A stretch of 64,000 bases of DNA, taken from a bacterium (GTDB taxonomy: Bacteria; Patescibacteriota; Minisyncoccia; Sungbacterales; HO2-52-23). The stretch lies in the NCBI GenBank assembly GCA_030697525.1, contig JAUYPW010000013.1, forward strand, positions 2,293 through 66,292. Direction: 5' to 3'. Position 1 is the first letter of the stretch; each line of letters starts with the position of its first letter. A program made the position numbers and the translations under genes. The notes beneath the pieces are model-generated. The model saw only the letters and a list, made by a program, of their open reading frames with translations. It ran no database searches and had not been told where the DNA came from. Shown here in pieces: positions 27,518-37,175 of the stretch.

Positions 27518-28640
27518 AAAAAAATTGAGAATAGGAATCATAGGCGGTGGTATATTTGGGACCACCTGCGCTTTAGTTCTTGGAAAGAAGCACTCGGTAG
27601 TTTTATACGAACGCCATTCCGATATACTGACCGAGGCTTCTTATGCTAATCAATATAGACACCATATGGGTTATCACTATCCACGAAGTCCTGAAACAAT
27701 CGAGGAAATAAAAAGTTCCACAAAAGAATTCGAGACTTTTTATATAGATATGGTAGAAAACATACCCGCTTATTATTGTGTTTCCAAAAGTGATAGTCTT
27801 GTATCCTCTGACAAGTTCTTGCAAATATGCAACAGCAAAGACCTGCCCCACAAGAAGGAGTTTCCAGAAAGGTCTTTGTTAAATTCTTACAATATTTCTA
27901 TTTGTGTAAAAACACCGGAGGGAGTATATGATTATGAAAAATTGAAAAAAAATATTTGGCTAAGGCTCAAGCAAGAAAAAGGCATAAAATTAAAGCTGGG
28001 ATATAGTGTTATGGGTGGTAAGTTGGATGCTAAGGGGAAGAAACTTATTGTGGCCAGAAGTCCAAAAAACAGCCTCAGTGAAGAAATGTTTGACTGTGTA
28101 ATAAATGCCACCTATGCTAACTATAACAATTTTTGCGGCTGGTTTAATTTTAAAAAAAAACCGATTGATTTAAGGTTAAAGGAGGTCATTGTTTTAAAGA
28201 TCAAAAGTAGAAAGAAGTGCGCTATTACCATTGTGGACGGGCCATTTGCTACGCTTGTCCCTATTAGTGGCAGCGGAGATTTGTATACTTTCGGAGATGT
28301 TCCTCTCTCTGTACACCGCCATTTAGGTCTTGCTGAAAACATATCTATATATGATAACGCAGGCAATCTTCCATATTCAAAATGGGAATCAATGCGAGAA
28401 AGATGTGTCAAGTGGTTCCCTATCCTCCGGAAAGCTGAATATATAAAATCTATGTTTGTTATCCTGCCGGTTGAACTAGAAAACATAAAAAATGACGCCA
28501 GACCCACTGATATCACAGGCCATGGATCTGGTTGCTGGTCAATTTTGAGTGGTAAGATTATAACGTGTGTGTCTGCGGCCATGACCATACTTAAAGAAGT
28601 AGAGAGCTACACACAAACAAATGAAAAAAAAGATAACTAG
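27495..28640 (+). CDS. FAD/NAD(P)-binding oxidoreductase, function unknown
   Basis: The N-terminal Rossmann dinucleotide fold is KLRIGIIGGGIFGTTCALVLGKKHSVVLYER. No confident family assignment. Confidence 0.5.
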   Translation: MVGVLKNKKKLRIGIIGGGIFGTTCALVLGKKHSVVLYERHSDILTEASYANQYRHHMGYHYPRSPETIEEIKSSTKEFETFYIDMVENIPAYYCVSKSDSLVSSDKFLQICNSKDLPHKKEFPERSLLNSYNISICVKTPEGVYDYEKLKKNIWLRLKQEKGIKLKLGYSVMGGKLDAKGKKLIVARSPKNSLSEEMFDCVINATYANYNNFCGWFNFKKKPIDLRLKEVIVLKIKSRKKCAITIVDGPFATLVPISGSGDLYTFGDVPLSVHRHLGLAENISIYDNAGNLPYSKWESMRERCVKWFPILRKAEYIKSMFVILPVELENIKNDARPTDITGHGSGCWSILSGKIITCVSAAMTILKEVESYTQTNEKKDN

Positions 28641-28641
28641 A

Positions 28642-29619
28642 ATGATTATATTGAGTAAAACACCTTTTCGTCTGCCTCTGGGGGGCGGTTCTACAGACAT
28701 GCCGTCATATTACGAAAAATACAGCGGTTTTATATTTTCTGTAACAATAAATATGTATATGGATATTTTTATCAAGGAGCCAATTACAGACGACTTAGTT
28801 CATATGCACTATATGAGATATGAAGCTGAAGATTCTTCAGACAAAATTAAACACACACTGGGGAAGGAGGCATTAAAGATGATGAATATAAAAAACAAAA
28901 TTCTAGTTTCTTTTAATGCTGATACTCCGGCTGGGACAGGGCTCGGATCTTCCGGGGCTTGCGCGGTTGGTCTGCTCAAGGGCCTGGCTTTATATAAAGG
29001 GGGGACTCTAAGCAATATTGAGGCGGCGGAGAGATCTTTTATTATAACCCAAAATCTCGGATTGCCAGACGGCAAGCAAGATCCATATGTCTGCGCCTTA
29101 GGCGGTTTTGTGGTCTTGGAAATAGATAAAAATGGTAAAGTCAAAGTTACCAAACCAGCAATATCTAAAAATACCGCTGACCGATTTATAAACAATAGTC
29201 TTTTCTTTTACACAGGGATAAAACGTGATAGCGAACCCATTTTATCTGCTCAAAATACCTCCCAAGTCCTTGAGTTAAAACACCGGACCAAAGAGATTGG
29301 TAAAGAAATATATAAATGTTTTTTGAAGGGGGATCTTGATAAATTCGGAAAATTGCTAGATGAGCACTGGAGGGTAAAAAAAATGATGTCCGGCAGTATA
29401 AGTAACACTTGGCTGGATGAAATTTACCTGGTAGCCCAAAAAGCAGGGGCCCTGGGAGGTAAAATTATGGGTGCCGGAGGTGGAGGGTATTTTATGTTTT
29501 ACTGTCCTTCAGAAAAAATAAAGGCTAAGGTTAGAAAGACGTTGCAAAGGTTTAAACTTAGAGAGATGAATTTTGCTATTGATGAACATGGTGCTCGAGC
29601 CGACGCGGTTTATTTATAA
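28642..29619 (+). CDS. GHMP-family sugar kinase, HddA-like (D-glycero-D-manno-heptose 7-phosphate kinase candidate)
   Basis: The GHMP ATP-binding motif is PAGTGLGSSGACAVGLLKGL. The N-terminus is MIILSKTPFRLPLGGGSTD. The C-terminal segment KIMGAGGGGYFMFY is present. Confidence 0.7.
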   Translation: MIILSKTPFRLPLGGGSTDMPSYYEKYSGFIFSVTINMYMDIFIKEPITDDLVHMHYMRYEAEDSSDKIKHTLGKEALKMMNIKNKILVSFNADTPAGTGLGSSGACAVGLLKGLALYKGGTLSNIEAAERSFIITQNLGLPDGKQDPYVCALGGFVVLEIDKNGKVKVTKPAISKNTADRFINNSLFFYTGIKRDSEPILSAQNTSQVLELKHRTKEIGKEIYKCFLKGDLDKFGKLLDEHWRVKKMMSGSISNTWLDEIYLVAQKAGALGGKIMGAGGGGYFMFYCPSEKIKAKVRKTLQRFKLREMNFAIDEHGARADAVYL

Positions 29620-29628
29620 TTTGTAAAA

Positions 29629-30480
29629 ATGTCTAATAACAACATAGGCTACATATTAAGTTGCCCAAATTGTAAATCTAGACTTCTAATTGAGAAAGAT
29701 TTTTGTAAATGTAGCCAATGCGGCGCTTTGTATAAACACGAAAGCGGGATATTTTTTTTCCATGACTCGGGGGAATATAATACTGGTGCTGATAAATCCG
29801 ACAATCTTATTTTTCAAATAAAGTCTCTCATTAAGAAATCCCCTAAACTATTTTATTTTCTTAATCATACACTGGGTATTCATGCTGGAAAATCAGTCAA
29901 AGATTTCCTAAGAAATATACCAAAAGGAGCACTAATCATAAACTTAGGTTCCGGATCTAATATTATAAGAGATGACGTCATAAATCTTGATTCTTATCCT
30001 TACCCTGGAGTTAAGATAGTGTCGGATGTGCACAAGTTGCCCTTTAAGGACGCATCTGTAGACGTGGTCGTAGCCGAATCCTTGCTTGAGCATGTTAAGA
30101 ATCCGGAGGCAGTGGTAAAAGAGATTTATCGGGTATTGAAGCCCGGAGGAACAATCTATATTACGACCCCCTTCATCATAGGGTTCCATTCTTCTCCGGA
30201 TGATTATTATCGTTGGACCTACTCGGGCCTTAGGATTTTATTTAAAGATTTTAAAGAAATAGAATTGGGGTCAGCGGTAGGGCCTACTGTAGCCTTTACT
30301 TATATTCTAAGGGAATGGTTAGCGGTGTTTTTTTCTTTCAATTCGGCCTATATCTACCAATTGGTAACCCTATTCCTGATGTTCATCTTGGCCCCTCTTA
30401 ATTTATTAGATTTTATACTCATTAAATATAAAATTTCTAAAAACATAGCCCATATCTTCTATTTTGTCGGTAAAAAATAA
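29629..30480 (+). CDS. SAM-dependent methyltransferase with N-terminal Trm112-like zinc ribbon and C-terminal hydrophobic tail
   Basis: The zinc ribbon is CPNCKSRL...CKCSQCG. The MTase motifs are INLGSGSN, VVVAESLLEHV and VLKPGGTIYITTP. A TM-like C-terminus is present. Confidence 0.65.
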   Translation: MSNNNIGYILSCPNCKSRLLIEKDFCKCSQCGALYKHESGIFFFHDSGEYNTGADKSDNLIFQIKSLIKKSPKLFYFLNHTLGIHAGKSVKDFLRNIPKGALIINLGSGSNIIRDDVINLDSYPYPGVKIVSDVHKLPFKDASVDVVVAESLLEHVKNPEAVVKEIYRVLKPGGTIYITTPFIIGFHSSPDDYYRWTYSGLRILFKDFKEIELGSAVGPTVAFTYILREWLAVFFSFNSAYIYQLVTLFLMFILAPLNLLDFILIKYKISKNIAHIFYFVGKK

Positions 30481-30496
30481 CCTTCCTTGTTTTATT

Positions 30497-32314
30497 ATGT
30501 TTAGACGTCACTATATATGTATTGTTTGTGCGGTGCTAGTCGGGCTTATATATGTTTTGCCTAACCTTATTTTTATTAATTCTCTGGGCGAGGAATATAA
30601 AGGCATACCCATGTTGCAGACAGCCAATGAAGACGCTTATTTGGCTAGGATAAGAGAGATTGTAGATGGGCATTGGCTGGTTGGATCCTTTACCTCTTTT
30701 GAATATAAAAATTATTTGCCGCTAACTCCCCCGACTGGGGAATTTTTCTACGCTATTCCAAGCCTGCTATTCAATATTTCTCCAGTTAATACCCTGATCG
30801 CCAGCAAGCTATTTTTCCCAGCCATTTTATTTGTTTTGGTGTATTATTTGATTTATTTATTGATAGAATCAGGTGGTTCTGTATGGCAAAGAAAACTTAG
30901 TTCTTTAGCAGGAGCCTTTGTTGTAACTCTGGGTTACGACCTGGTAGATTATCGTAATTTGTGGGGCTTTCTTTCCGGTAAAATTGATTTGACGGACCAA
31001 TTTCTTCTATGGGCCAGACCAGTCAATCCTATCTTGGGGGCCATATTTTTATTTAGCTTCCTAATTATATTATGGGGGATACTTACAAAATCTGAAAATT
31101 CCTGTATAAGAATACTCACGGCGGGAATGTTTCTTGCTCTAATGATGGGTAGCTATTTTTTTAGCTGGGGAATAGCGGTTTCTATTTTAGGAACAGTAGT
31201 ACTAATATATCTTTCCCAAAAAAACTTTAAAATCGTCAAAAGGTTGGTCGGAGTTGTGTTGGTTGCTCTGGTTTTGTCGTCTCCATACTGGTACATGTCT
31301 TGGTTGGCCTCACAAAATCCGTGGTACAAGGACTCTATATTGAGAAGTGGCATTTTTTATACACACCACCCTATTTTAAATAAGTTTATTTTAGCATCTC
31401 TAGTTTTTTATTTCATCCTTATCTTTATAGACGCGTTTAAATTTCTTGGTGGCCATTTTCGATTGAGAGAGATAGCGTCCTTTCTCAAAAAAGAACAACT
31501 TAATGAACGGAATATTTTCTGTCTGGCTACTCTCCTTGGTTCTCTTTGGGCCTATAATCAACAGGTTGTAACCGGAGTGACCCTATGGCCTTATCACTTT
31601 GTCCAGTACTCTATCCCGCTGGTTTTTGTTTTTTTTATTACCCTGCTTCATAATATAATAAAAAAATGGTCAAAATTGATTTGGTTTTTTGTGGTATTTT
31701 TGATTATAATTTCATCTCTGGCATTTGGCATATACACACAGACAAGTGTTTTTTATAAACACTTTGGAGATTATAAAAAATTACAATTATATGATTCAGT
31801 TATATCCTGGCTCAACAATAAAGAAAAAGACTGTGTGGTGCTGATAAGCAATGATTCTGATTCAGCAATAAAGATAGAAAACTTGATACCATCCTTTACC
31901 CACTGCAACCTATATATTTCTAATGCCTTTTTGTCTCTAATGCCAAGCGATAGGATATATCATAACTATTTGATCTATTTGAGACTAAAAGGAATTTCTG
32001 CTAAGAGTATAGATAAATATCTAAATGAACACAAACCCGAAATCAGAAAATTTCTGCTCAATAATTGGAAAGAAGTATACCAAGTAAAGAACTTTCCAGA
32101 CTTCACCTATTCTAAATCAGAAAGCAGAATAGCTAACATAGCCAAAGATTATAAAGATTTTTCAACTCGCGATTTTCGATCAGAACTTAGCAGATATAAA
32201 CTTGATTTTATTCTTTCGGTTGGTGAACTTGACAAAAACATTCTAAAGCAATTACCCGGCACCAAATTAGATTTCAAGTCTGATAATACCTTTATCTATA
32301 AGTTCGCCAAATAA
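30497..32314 (+). CDS. large polytopic integral membrane protein (GT-C-like / polymerase-like candidate) with C-terminal soluble domain
   Basis: There are ≥10 predicted TM helices in the first ~420 aa and a ~190-aa hydrophilic C-terminal domain. No recognisable catalytic motif. The start is taken at MFRRHY; 30464 is an alternative. Confidence 0.55.
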   Translation: MFRRHYICIVCAVLVGLIYVLPNLIFINSLGEEYKGIPMLQTANEDAYLARIREIVDGHWLVGSFTSFEYKNYLPLTPPTGEFFYAIPSLLFNISPVNTLIASKLFFPAILFVLVYYLIYLLIESGGSVWQRKLSSLAGAFVVTLGYDLVDYRNLWGFLSGKIDLTDQFLLWARPVNPILGAIFLFSFLIILWGILTKSENSCIRILTAGMFLALMMGSYFFSWGIAVSILGTVVLIYLSQKNFKIVKRLVGVVLVALVLSSPYWYMSWLASQNPWYKDSILRSGIFYTHHPILNKFILASLVFYFILIFIDAFKFLGGHFRLREIASFLKKEQLNERNIFCLATLLGSLWAYNQQVVTGVTLWPYHFVQYSIPLVFVFFITLLHNIIKKWSKLIWFFVVFLIIISSLAFGIYTQTSVFYKHFGDYKKLQLYDSVISWLNNKEKDCVVLISNDSDSAIKIENLIPSFTHCNLYISNAFLSLMPSDRIYHNYLIYLRLKGISAKSIDKYLNEHKPEIRKFLLNNWKEVYQVKNFPDFTYSKSESRIANIAKDYKDFSTRDFRSELSRYKLDFILSVGELDKNILKQLPGTKLDFKSDNTFIYKFAK

Positions 32315-32399
32315 TTATAGGAATGTTTAAAAAATATCGGAAACAAACTCAAACAATAAGGTGTTATAAAACTATAAAAGCTTATTAAGTCAAACACTA

Positions 32400-33476
32400 A
32401 TGTCCAAAAAAGCATTAATAACTGGGGTAACCGGACAGGATGGCTCTTACCTTGCAGAGCTTTTGTTAAAAAAAGGTTACCGGGTATATGGTTTGCAAAG
32501 AGGGGCCAGTGTGCCCAACACTGCCCGGGTGGATCATTTAAACGGAGGATCCTCCCCAGCCAACTTTTTTATGGCCTATGCTGATTTATCCGACAGCTCC
32601 AGTTTAACAAACATTATAAACAGAATTAAGCCGGACGAAATTTATAATCTAGGCGCACAGAGCCATGTACAAATAAGTTTTGATATACCAGAATATACTG
32701 CCAATGTAGATGCGCTGGGCCCTCTGAGGATTTTAGAAATAATTCGTGGCCTGAATTTGCCCACTAGATATTATCAGGCTAGTTCGTCGGAGATGTTTGG
32801 AAAAGTTCTTGCCACACCGCAAAATGAAAAAACTCCTCTTAATCCGCAGTCTCCTTATGGACTCTCAAAGGTTTTTGCTTTCCATATCACTAAAATTTAC
32901 CGCGAAGGATACGGAATATTTGCATCTAATGGTATGCTCTTCAATCACGAATCTCCGCGGCGCGGATTGAATTTTGTAACTAGAAAAATTACCGTGGGCA
33001 TGGCCCGCATAAAACTTGGCCTGCAAAAAACGCTACAACTGGGCAATCTTGAATCCAAACGTGATTGGGGATATGCCAAGGATTATGCGGAAGCTGTTTG
33101 GATGATTCTTCAGCACAAGGAGCCGGATGATTTTGTAATAGCTACCGGTGAGACACACACAGTCCGTGAATTTGTCCAAGAAGTCGCTGGTCATTTGGAT
33201 TTTGACTTGGTTTGGAGAGGAAAGGGTCTTAAGGAGCACGGAATTGATAGAAAAAGCGGCAAAGTAATAATAGAAATAAGCCCGAAATATTTTCGTCCTA
33301 AAGAAGTAGATACCCTGATAGGTGATGCTTCAAAAGCTCGCAGGATTCTAGGGTGGAAACCAAAAACAAAATTTGTCCAATTAGCTAAACTTATGGCTTT
33401 AGCGGATCTTGAAAATGTTAAACGTGGGCAAGAATTGGGCCTTGCTATGGAGACATCCAGCAATAGAAATTCTTAA
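32400..33476 (+). CDS. gmd: GDP-mannose 4,6-dehydratase family (Gmd; possibly a GDP-heptose 4,6-dehydratase in this context)
   Basis: [37 protein letters not shown] is near-canonical for Gmd. The catalytic S..Y...K region is intact. Confidence 0.9.
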   Translation: MSKKALITGVTGQDGSYLAELLLKKGYRVYGLQRGASVPNTARVDHLNGGSSPANFFMAYADLSDSSSLTNIINRIKPDEIYNLGAQSHVQISFDIPEYTANVDALGPLRILEIIRGLNLPTRYYQASSSEMFGKVLATPQNEKTPLNPQSPYGLSKVFAFHITKIYREGYGIFASNGMLFNHESPRRGLNFVTRKITVGMARIKLGLQKTLQLGNLESKRDWGYAKDYAEAVWMILQHKEPDDFVIATGETHTVREFVQEVAGHLDFDLVWRGKGLKEHGIDRKSGKVIIEISPKYFRPKEVDTLIGDASKARRILGWKPKTKFVQLAKLMALADLENVKRGQELGLAMETSSNRNS

Positions 33477-33515
33477 ACGATTCTCTAGACCCTTTTCCAC
33501 TATTATATATTCTAA

Positions 33516-34706
33516 ATGAGGATATATTTTATTACTACAAAACTAAACTTTGTTAATGCTGGCGGATCAGTCAGAGATATTGACCTGCGCGCTAAAGCCC
33601 TAGTAGAAATGGGGCATACGGTGACCGTTATAAGCGCCTTCCCCGAATCAAATATTATCACCGAATCTTTGCCATATCAGGTCAAAGAAGAATTTATTCG
33701 CTCGCGGGGCTTGTTAGGTATTCAAATAGGCGCCCACCGCATTATAAAAAAATATGAACAAAAAGCCGATGTTTTCCACGTTGATGGCCAAGTGTTTTTA
33801 TATGCTGCTGGTTGGTACCGTCTGATGGGTGGTCGCGTGCCGGTTCTAAGTCTTTTCAATCACTGGCTTAATGCCTGGGCGGACGAAACCCAAGCTGACG
33901 TCAAACCAGTTAAACCCTACTGGTGGTGGGCCAAATGGCTGAAGAAAAAACTGCGTTTTTTCTTGGAACGAAGGCTGGGAGTATTTATTGCCAACCGGGC
34001 CGATGCTTTTATTTTTGATACCCCACAGATAGAAAAAAAATTTATTAGTCTTGGTTTCAACGCACACAAGGGATTTGTTTTGCCAGATTTTGTTGATACT
34101 CAAGGATCGCTTGCAGGGGAGTCTATGACGATGGATAAGATTATATCCCATCAGCAACCACGCCGAGGTATAGTTACCATACTACTGACCGGCAGAATGT
34201 TGCCGGAGAAGGGTTTTGATATGGCAATTAAAGCTTTTGTCTCCCTACCCAATAAAGAGAATTATCGTGTTATTATGAGCGGTACTGGTCCGGAATTAAA
34301 TAATCTCCAGCGCCAAGTCTCCGAACTAAAGTTGCAGGATTTTTTTTATTTTCCTGGTTGGGTGGATAGGGAAGAATTGTTAAGTTTTTTCCAGCAAGCG
34401 CAGATTTTTATTTTTCCGAATTGGTGGCCAGAATATGGTTCAGTGACGTTTGAAGAGGCTATGTCTTTTGGATTAGCAAGTATTATACCAGACGGAGGGG
34501 CTTTAGAGTGGTTGTCGGGCGGTACGGCCTTCACGTTTAAAAGTAATAACGTAGCTGACCTTTCCCGTGCTATGCAGCAATTAGGCGAGGATACTAATCT
34601 CAGAATTAAGATAGCACAAAAAAGCTTGGAGCATATCGTCAAGCTCGATTATCGAATAGTCGGCAGAGAATTGGAAAGAATACTCAAATCTATTGTCCAG
34701 ATTTAA
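33516..34706 (+). CDS. GT4 family glycosyltransferase
   Basis: The GT-B C-terminal region is PNWWPEYGSVTFEEAMSFGLASIIPDGG. The N-terminus is MRIYFITTKLNFVNAGGS. Confidence 0.7.
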   Translation: MRIYFITTKLNFVNAGGSVRDIDLRAKALVEMGHTVTVISAFPESNIITESLPYQVKEEFIRSRGLLGIQIGAHRIIKKYEQKADVFHVDGQVFLYAAGWYRLMGGRVPVLSLFNHWLNAWADETQADVKPVKPYWWWAKWLKKKLRFFLERRLGVFIANRADAFIFDTPQIEKKFISLGFNAHKGFVLPDFVDTQGSLAGESMTMDKIISHQQPRRGIVTILLTGRMLPEKGFDMAIKAFVSLPNKENYRVIMSGTGPELNNLQRQVSELKLQDFFYFPGWVDREELLSFFQQAQIFIFPNWWPEYGSVTFEEAMSFGLASIIPDGGALEWLSGGTAFTFKSNNVADLSRAMQQLGEDTNLRIKIAQKSLEHIVKLDYRIVGRELERILKSIVQI

Positions 34707-36204
34707 TTTTTCGAAATATTAAGTCTGCTAAGTCTGTGAGTTGTTTTTTATTTTTTTCCTTGTTAACTTGTCTGCCATACTGCAATTGCCAGATACTTAC
34801 CATATCAACATCGGCACTCTCTTTATAAACAGCCGCAATAAGATCAAGTAACGCCTGCTCGTCGTGTGCGAAGTTTTCTAATTGTTCTTTAATTAAATAC
34901 GGCAGGTCTTCAATCGCCCGACAGTGCTTGACCATAGGCAGAATGTTATAGAAAACCCGACCGAAAGTAATTACCGGTTTTTTAAATAAAATTGCTTCCC
35001 AGCCAGCCGTACCGGTTGTAGTCACCACTAATTTAGCATTTTTTAATAATTCCGTACTGACCACTGAAGGATTAATAAGTTTAGCATTAGGTATTTTTTT
35101 AATTTGTTTGTAAAAATAACGTGGGCGAAAACCGAACATGGCTGGATGTTCTTTGATGTATAATTTATACCCGACAGGCAAAGAGCGCGCGATCTGTTTG
35201 ATAAGATAAAGCTGGTCTGTGTAAAAAGGAGCAAAAAGCAAACTGGCTATTTCCGGCTCAAGCTGTAAAGCGTAGAAAGCAAAGTTTTCTTGAAAATCAA
35301 CTTTGTCATAGAGGTCGTCAAAACCGATTAAAACTCGCAGTTTTCTCTTTAATTTATCCCAAACATGATGCCATGGTTTGATGTTGGAATAGTCATCTTT
35401 GTTTTTATCTTTAAGATATCTCCACCAACTGCGTCCCAGCCAACCTAGAGAACGAAAAATATGCCTAGGTGATAAGAATCTAAATTGTTTCTCCCTGTTG
35501 GTCGGTCTGTTTTGAGGCAGATCTATTGAGGAGGGCGGGAGCGGGTTGGAACGAAAACGGTTTAAGAATGCTTGTGAGGCAAGCACGTCCACATCATCAG
35601 ATCGGTGATTGACCCGTATCTTTTTATATGTTTTTTCTACGTCAGTAAGGGTATTATAGTCATCGGTAACGGAATATTTATGCTCAACTCGTGTTGACAT
35701 AATAACAAACGTTTTGATATTTCTTTTTTTAGCAATTTGGTAAAGGAGTAAACCGCCAAGTGGCCCGGCAACCACGAAAATAACAAAATCCGGTTTTTCT
35801 TTATCCAGGAAATTGATAATAGCCTTGGCGTTTACTTGCAATATCTTCAGCATCTCCTCATGGGTATAAGGTGGTGTGTTGTAAGGATACTCACGCAAAA
35901 ACATGCCGTGTCTTATAATGCGGTCAACTTCTATGTATGGCCATAGGTTTGGTAAGCCATATTCCATCTCAAGGTTTTTTAGATAAGCCATATCAAGAGC
36001 TTCACTTTTGTATCTTTTTTGCACATCCTCATCCAATAATAAAGAAGAATATTCTATCTCTTTTTGGTTTTTGAGAAACTCATAACTGTCCCGTGTCTGC
36101 ACATAGCCGCAGAAATCACGGATTCCATATTTTTTTTTCAAAATCACGGCCAATTCATGGCCGACGTAGGCAAAGCTTCTATGTAAAAAAAGGCCTATTT
36201 TCAT
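34690..36204 (-). CDS. capsule polysaccharide biosynthesis protein, Capsule_synth (KpsS/KpsC/LpsZ) family, putative ulosonic-acid (Kdo-like) transferase
   Basis: The motifs KLYIKEHPAMF and LVVTTTGTAGWEAILFKKPVITFG resemble the conserved HP and ...ST.GlEAl..gkPV... motifs of PF05159. Confidence 0.55.
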   Translation of the reverse strand: MKIGLFLHRSFAYVGHELAVILKKKYGIRDFCGYVQTRDSYEFLKNQKEIEYSSLLLDEDVQKRYKSEALDMAYLKNLEMEYGLPNLWPYIEVDRIIRHGMFLREYPYNTPPYTHEEMLKILQVNAKAIINFLDKEKPDFVIFVVAGPLGGLLLYQIAKKRNIKTFVIMSTRVEHKYSVTDDYNTLTDVEKTYKKIRVNHRSDDVDVLASQAFLNRFRSNPLPPSSIDLPQNRPTNREKQFRFLSPRHIFRSLGWLGRSWWRYLKDKNKDDYSNIKPWHHVWDKLKRKLRVLIGFDDLYDKVDFQENFAFYALQLEPEIASLLFAPFYTDQLYLIKQIARSLPVGYKLYIKEHPAMFGFRPRYFYKQIKKIPNAKLINPSVVSTELLKNAKLVVTTTGTAGWEAILFKKPVITFGRVFYNILPMVKHCRAIEDLPYLIKEQLENFAHDEQALLDLIAAVYKESADVDMVSIWQLQYGRQVNKEKNKKQLTDLADLIFRKIKSGQ

Positions 36205-37106
36205 AGCTTCTGCAAGAGAAGATTATAATATCCTGTTTTATACAATTTTCCTTCAGAAAGTTTATCTAAGGATTTAATCTCTCCATTTTCGGCTATCACA
36301 TTTATCATCAACCCAAAGCCCCTTAGTTTTTCAAGAAATAATTGGGGGTCTTCACCGGTTTTCTCCAAAACGCCAGGAAGAAACTCCATAATTACAGAAA
36401 TATCTTTTTGTTTTTGGAGGAACTCCAGCATTCCTCTAAAAGCTAGGGGTTCGCCACCCTCTATGTCTATTTTTAAGAAGTTAACTGCTGGCATACCGAC
36501 CTGTCTTAAGAAATGATCTATCGTAGTCGACTCAGTCGCTGTTTTCTTTGCTTCGACAGAAGCAAATATACTGTGGGATCCAGTACTGCCCGGAAGTATA
36601 AAAAAATCTATAGAGCCGATCTTGTCACTTACTGCCTTGTTGCATAGAGTAACGTTTCTAAGATGGTGGGTATTCTTTTTAAGAAGTTCAAAGTTTTCAA
36701 TATTGGGTTCAAATGCATATACTCTCCCTTCTTGCCCCACAAGCTTTGAAAATATTCTTGTATAGTATCCAATATGGGCTCCGATATCCATTACTACCAT
36801 TTTGGGCTTGATCAATTTTTTGCATATATGCACAGAGTCTCTTTCATATTTTTCCATTAACATTTCCAGCTTCCATTCCCAGTTGAATTTTTTTGGGAAA
36901 TAGAATCTATTCAATCTTGACAAAAATTGTGCGTAGATATCTAAAAACAAAACCACCCCCCTTTTTATAGGTATTGGAAGAATAGATGACGCTTTTTTAA
37001 TTCTGTCTAAAACTTCAGTGGTTTGAGCCATTGCAAAAATTGACCTTTCTCTTTCTTTCGCCTTCCAACTTGATATAAGTAACCTCCTTTTATAATAAAA
37101 CCCCAT
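36201..37106 (-). CDS. FkbM-family methyltransferase
   Basis: VVMDIGAHIGYYTRIFSKLVGQEGRVYAFEPNIENFELLKKN and NFLKIDIEGGEPLAF are FkbM hallmarks. The true start may be the internal Met at 37031 (MAQTTEV). Confidence 0.7.
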   Translation of the reverse strand: MGFYYKRRLLISSWKAKERERSIFAMAQTTEVLDRIKKASSILPIPIKRGVVLFLDIYAQFLSRLNRFYFPKKFNWEWKLEMLMEKYERDSVHICKKLIKPKMVVMDIGAHIGYYTRIFSKLVGQEGRVYAFEPNIENFELLKKNTHHLRNVTLCNKAVSDKIGSIDFFILPGSTGSHSIFASVEAKKTATESTTIDHFLRQVGMPAVNFLKIDIEGGEPLAFRGMLEFLQKQKDISVIMEFLPGVLEKTGEDPQLFLEKLRGFGLMINVIAENGEIKSLDKLSEGKLYKTGYYNLLLQKL

Positions 37107-37175
37107 TTTCTATACAGTATACATTATAAAACATCTAAGTAAGCCGTTTTGTTATAAGAAGGTATAGCCATTTTT

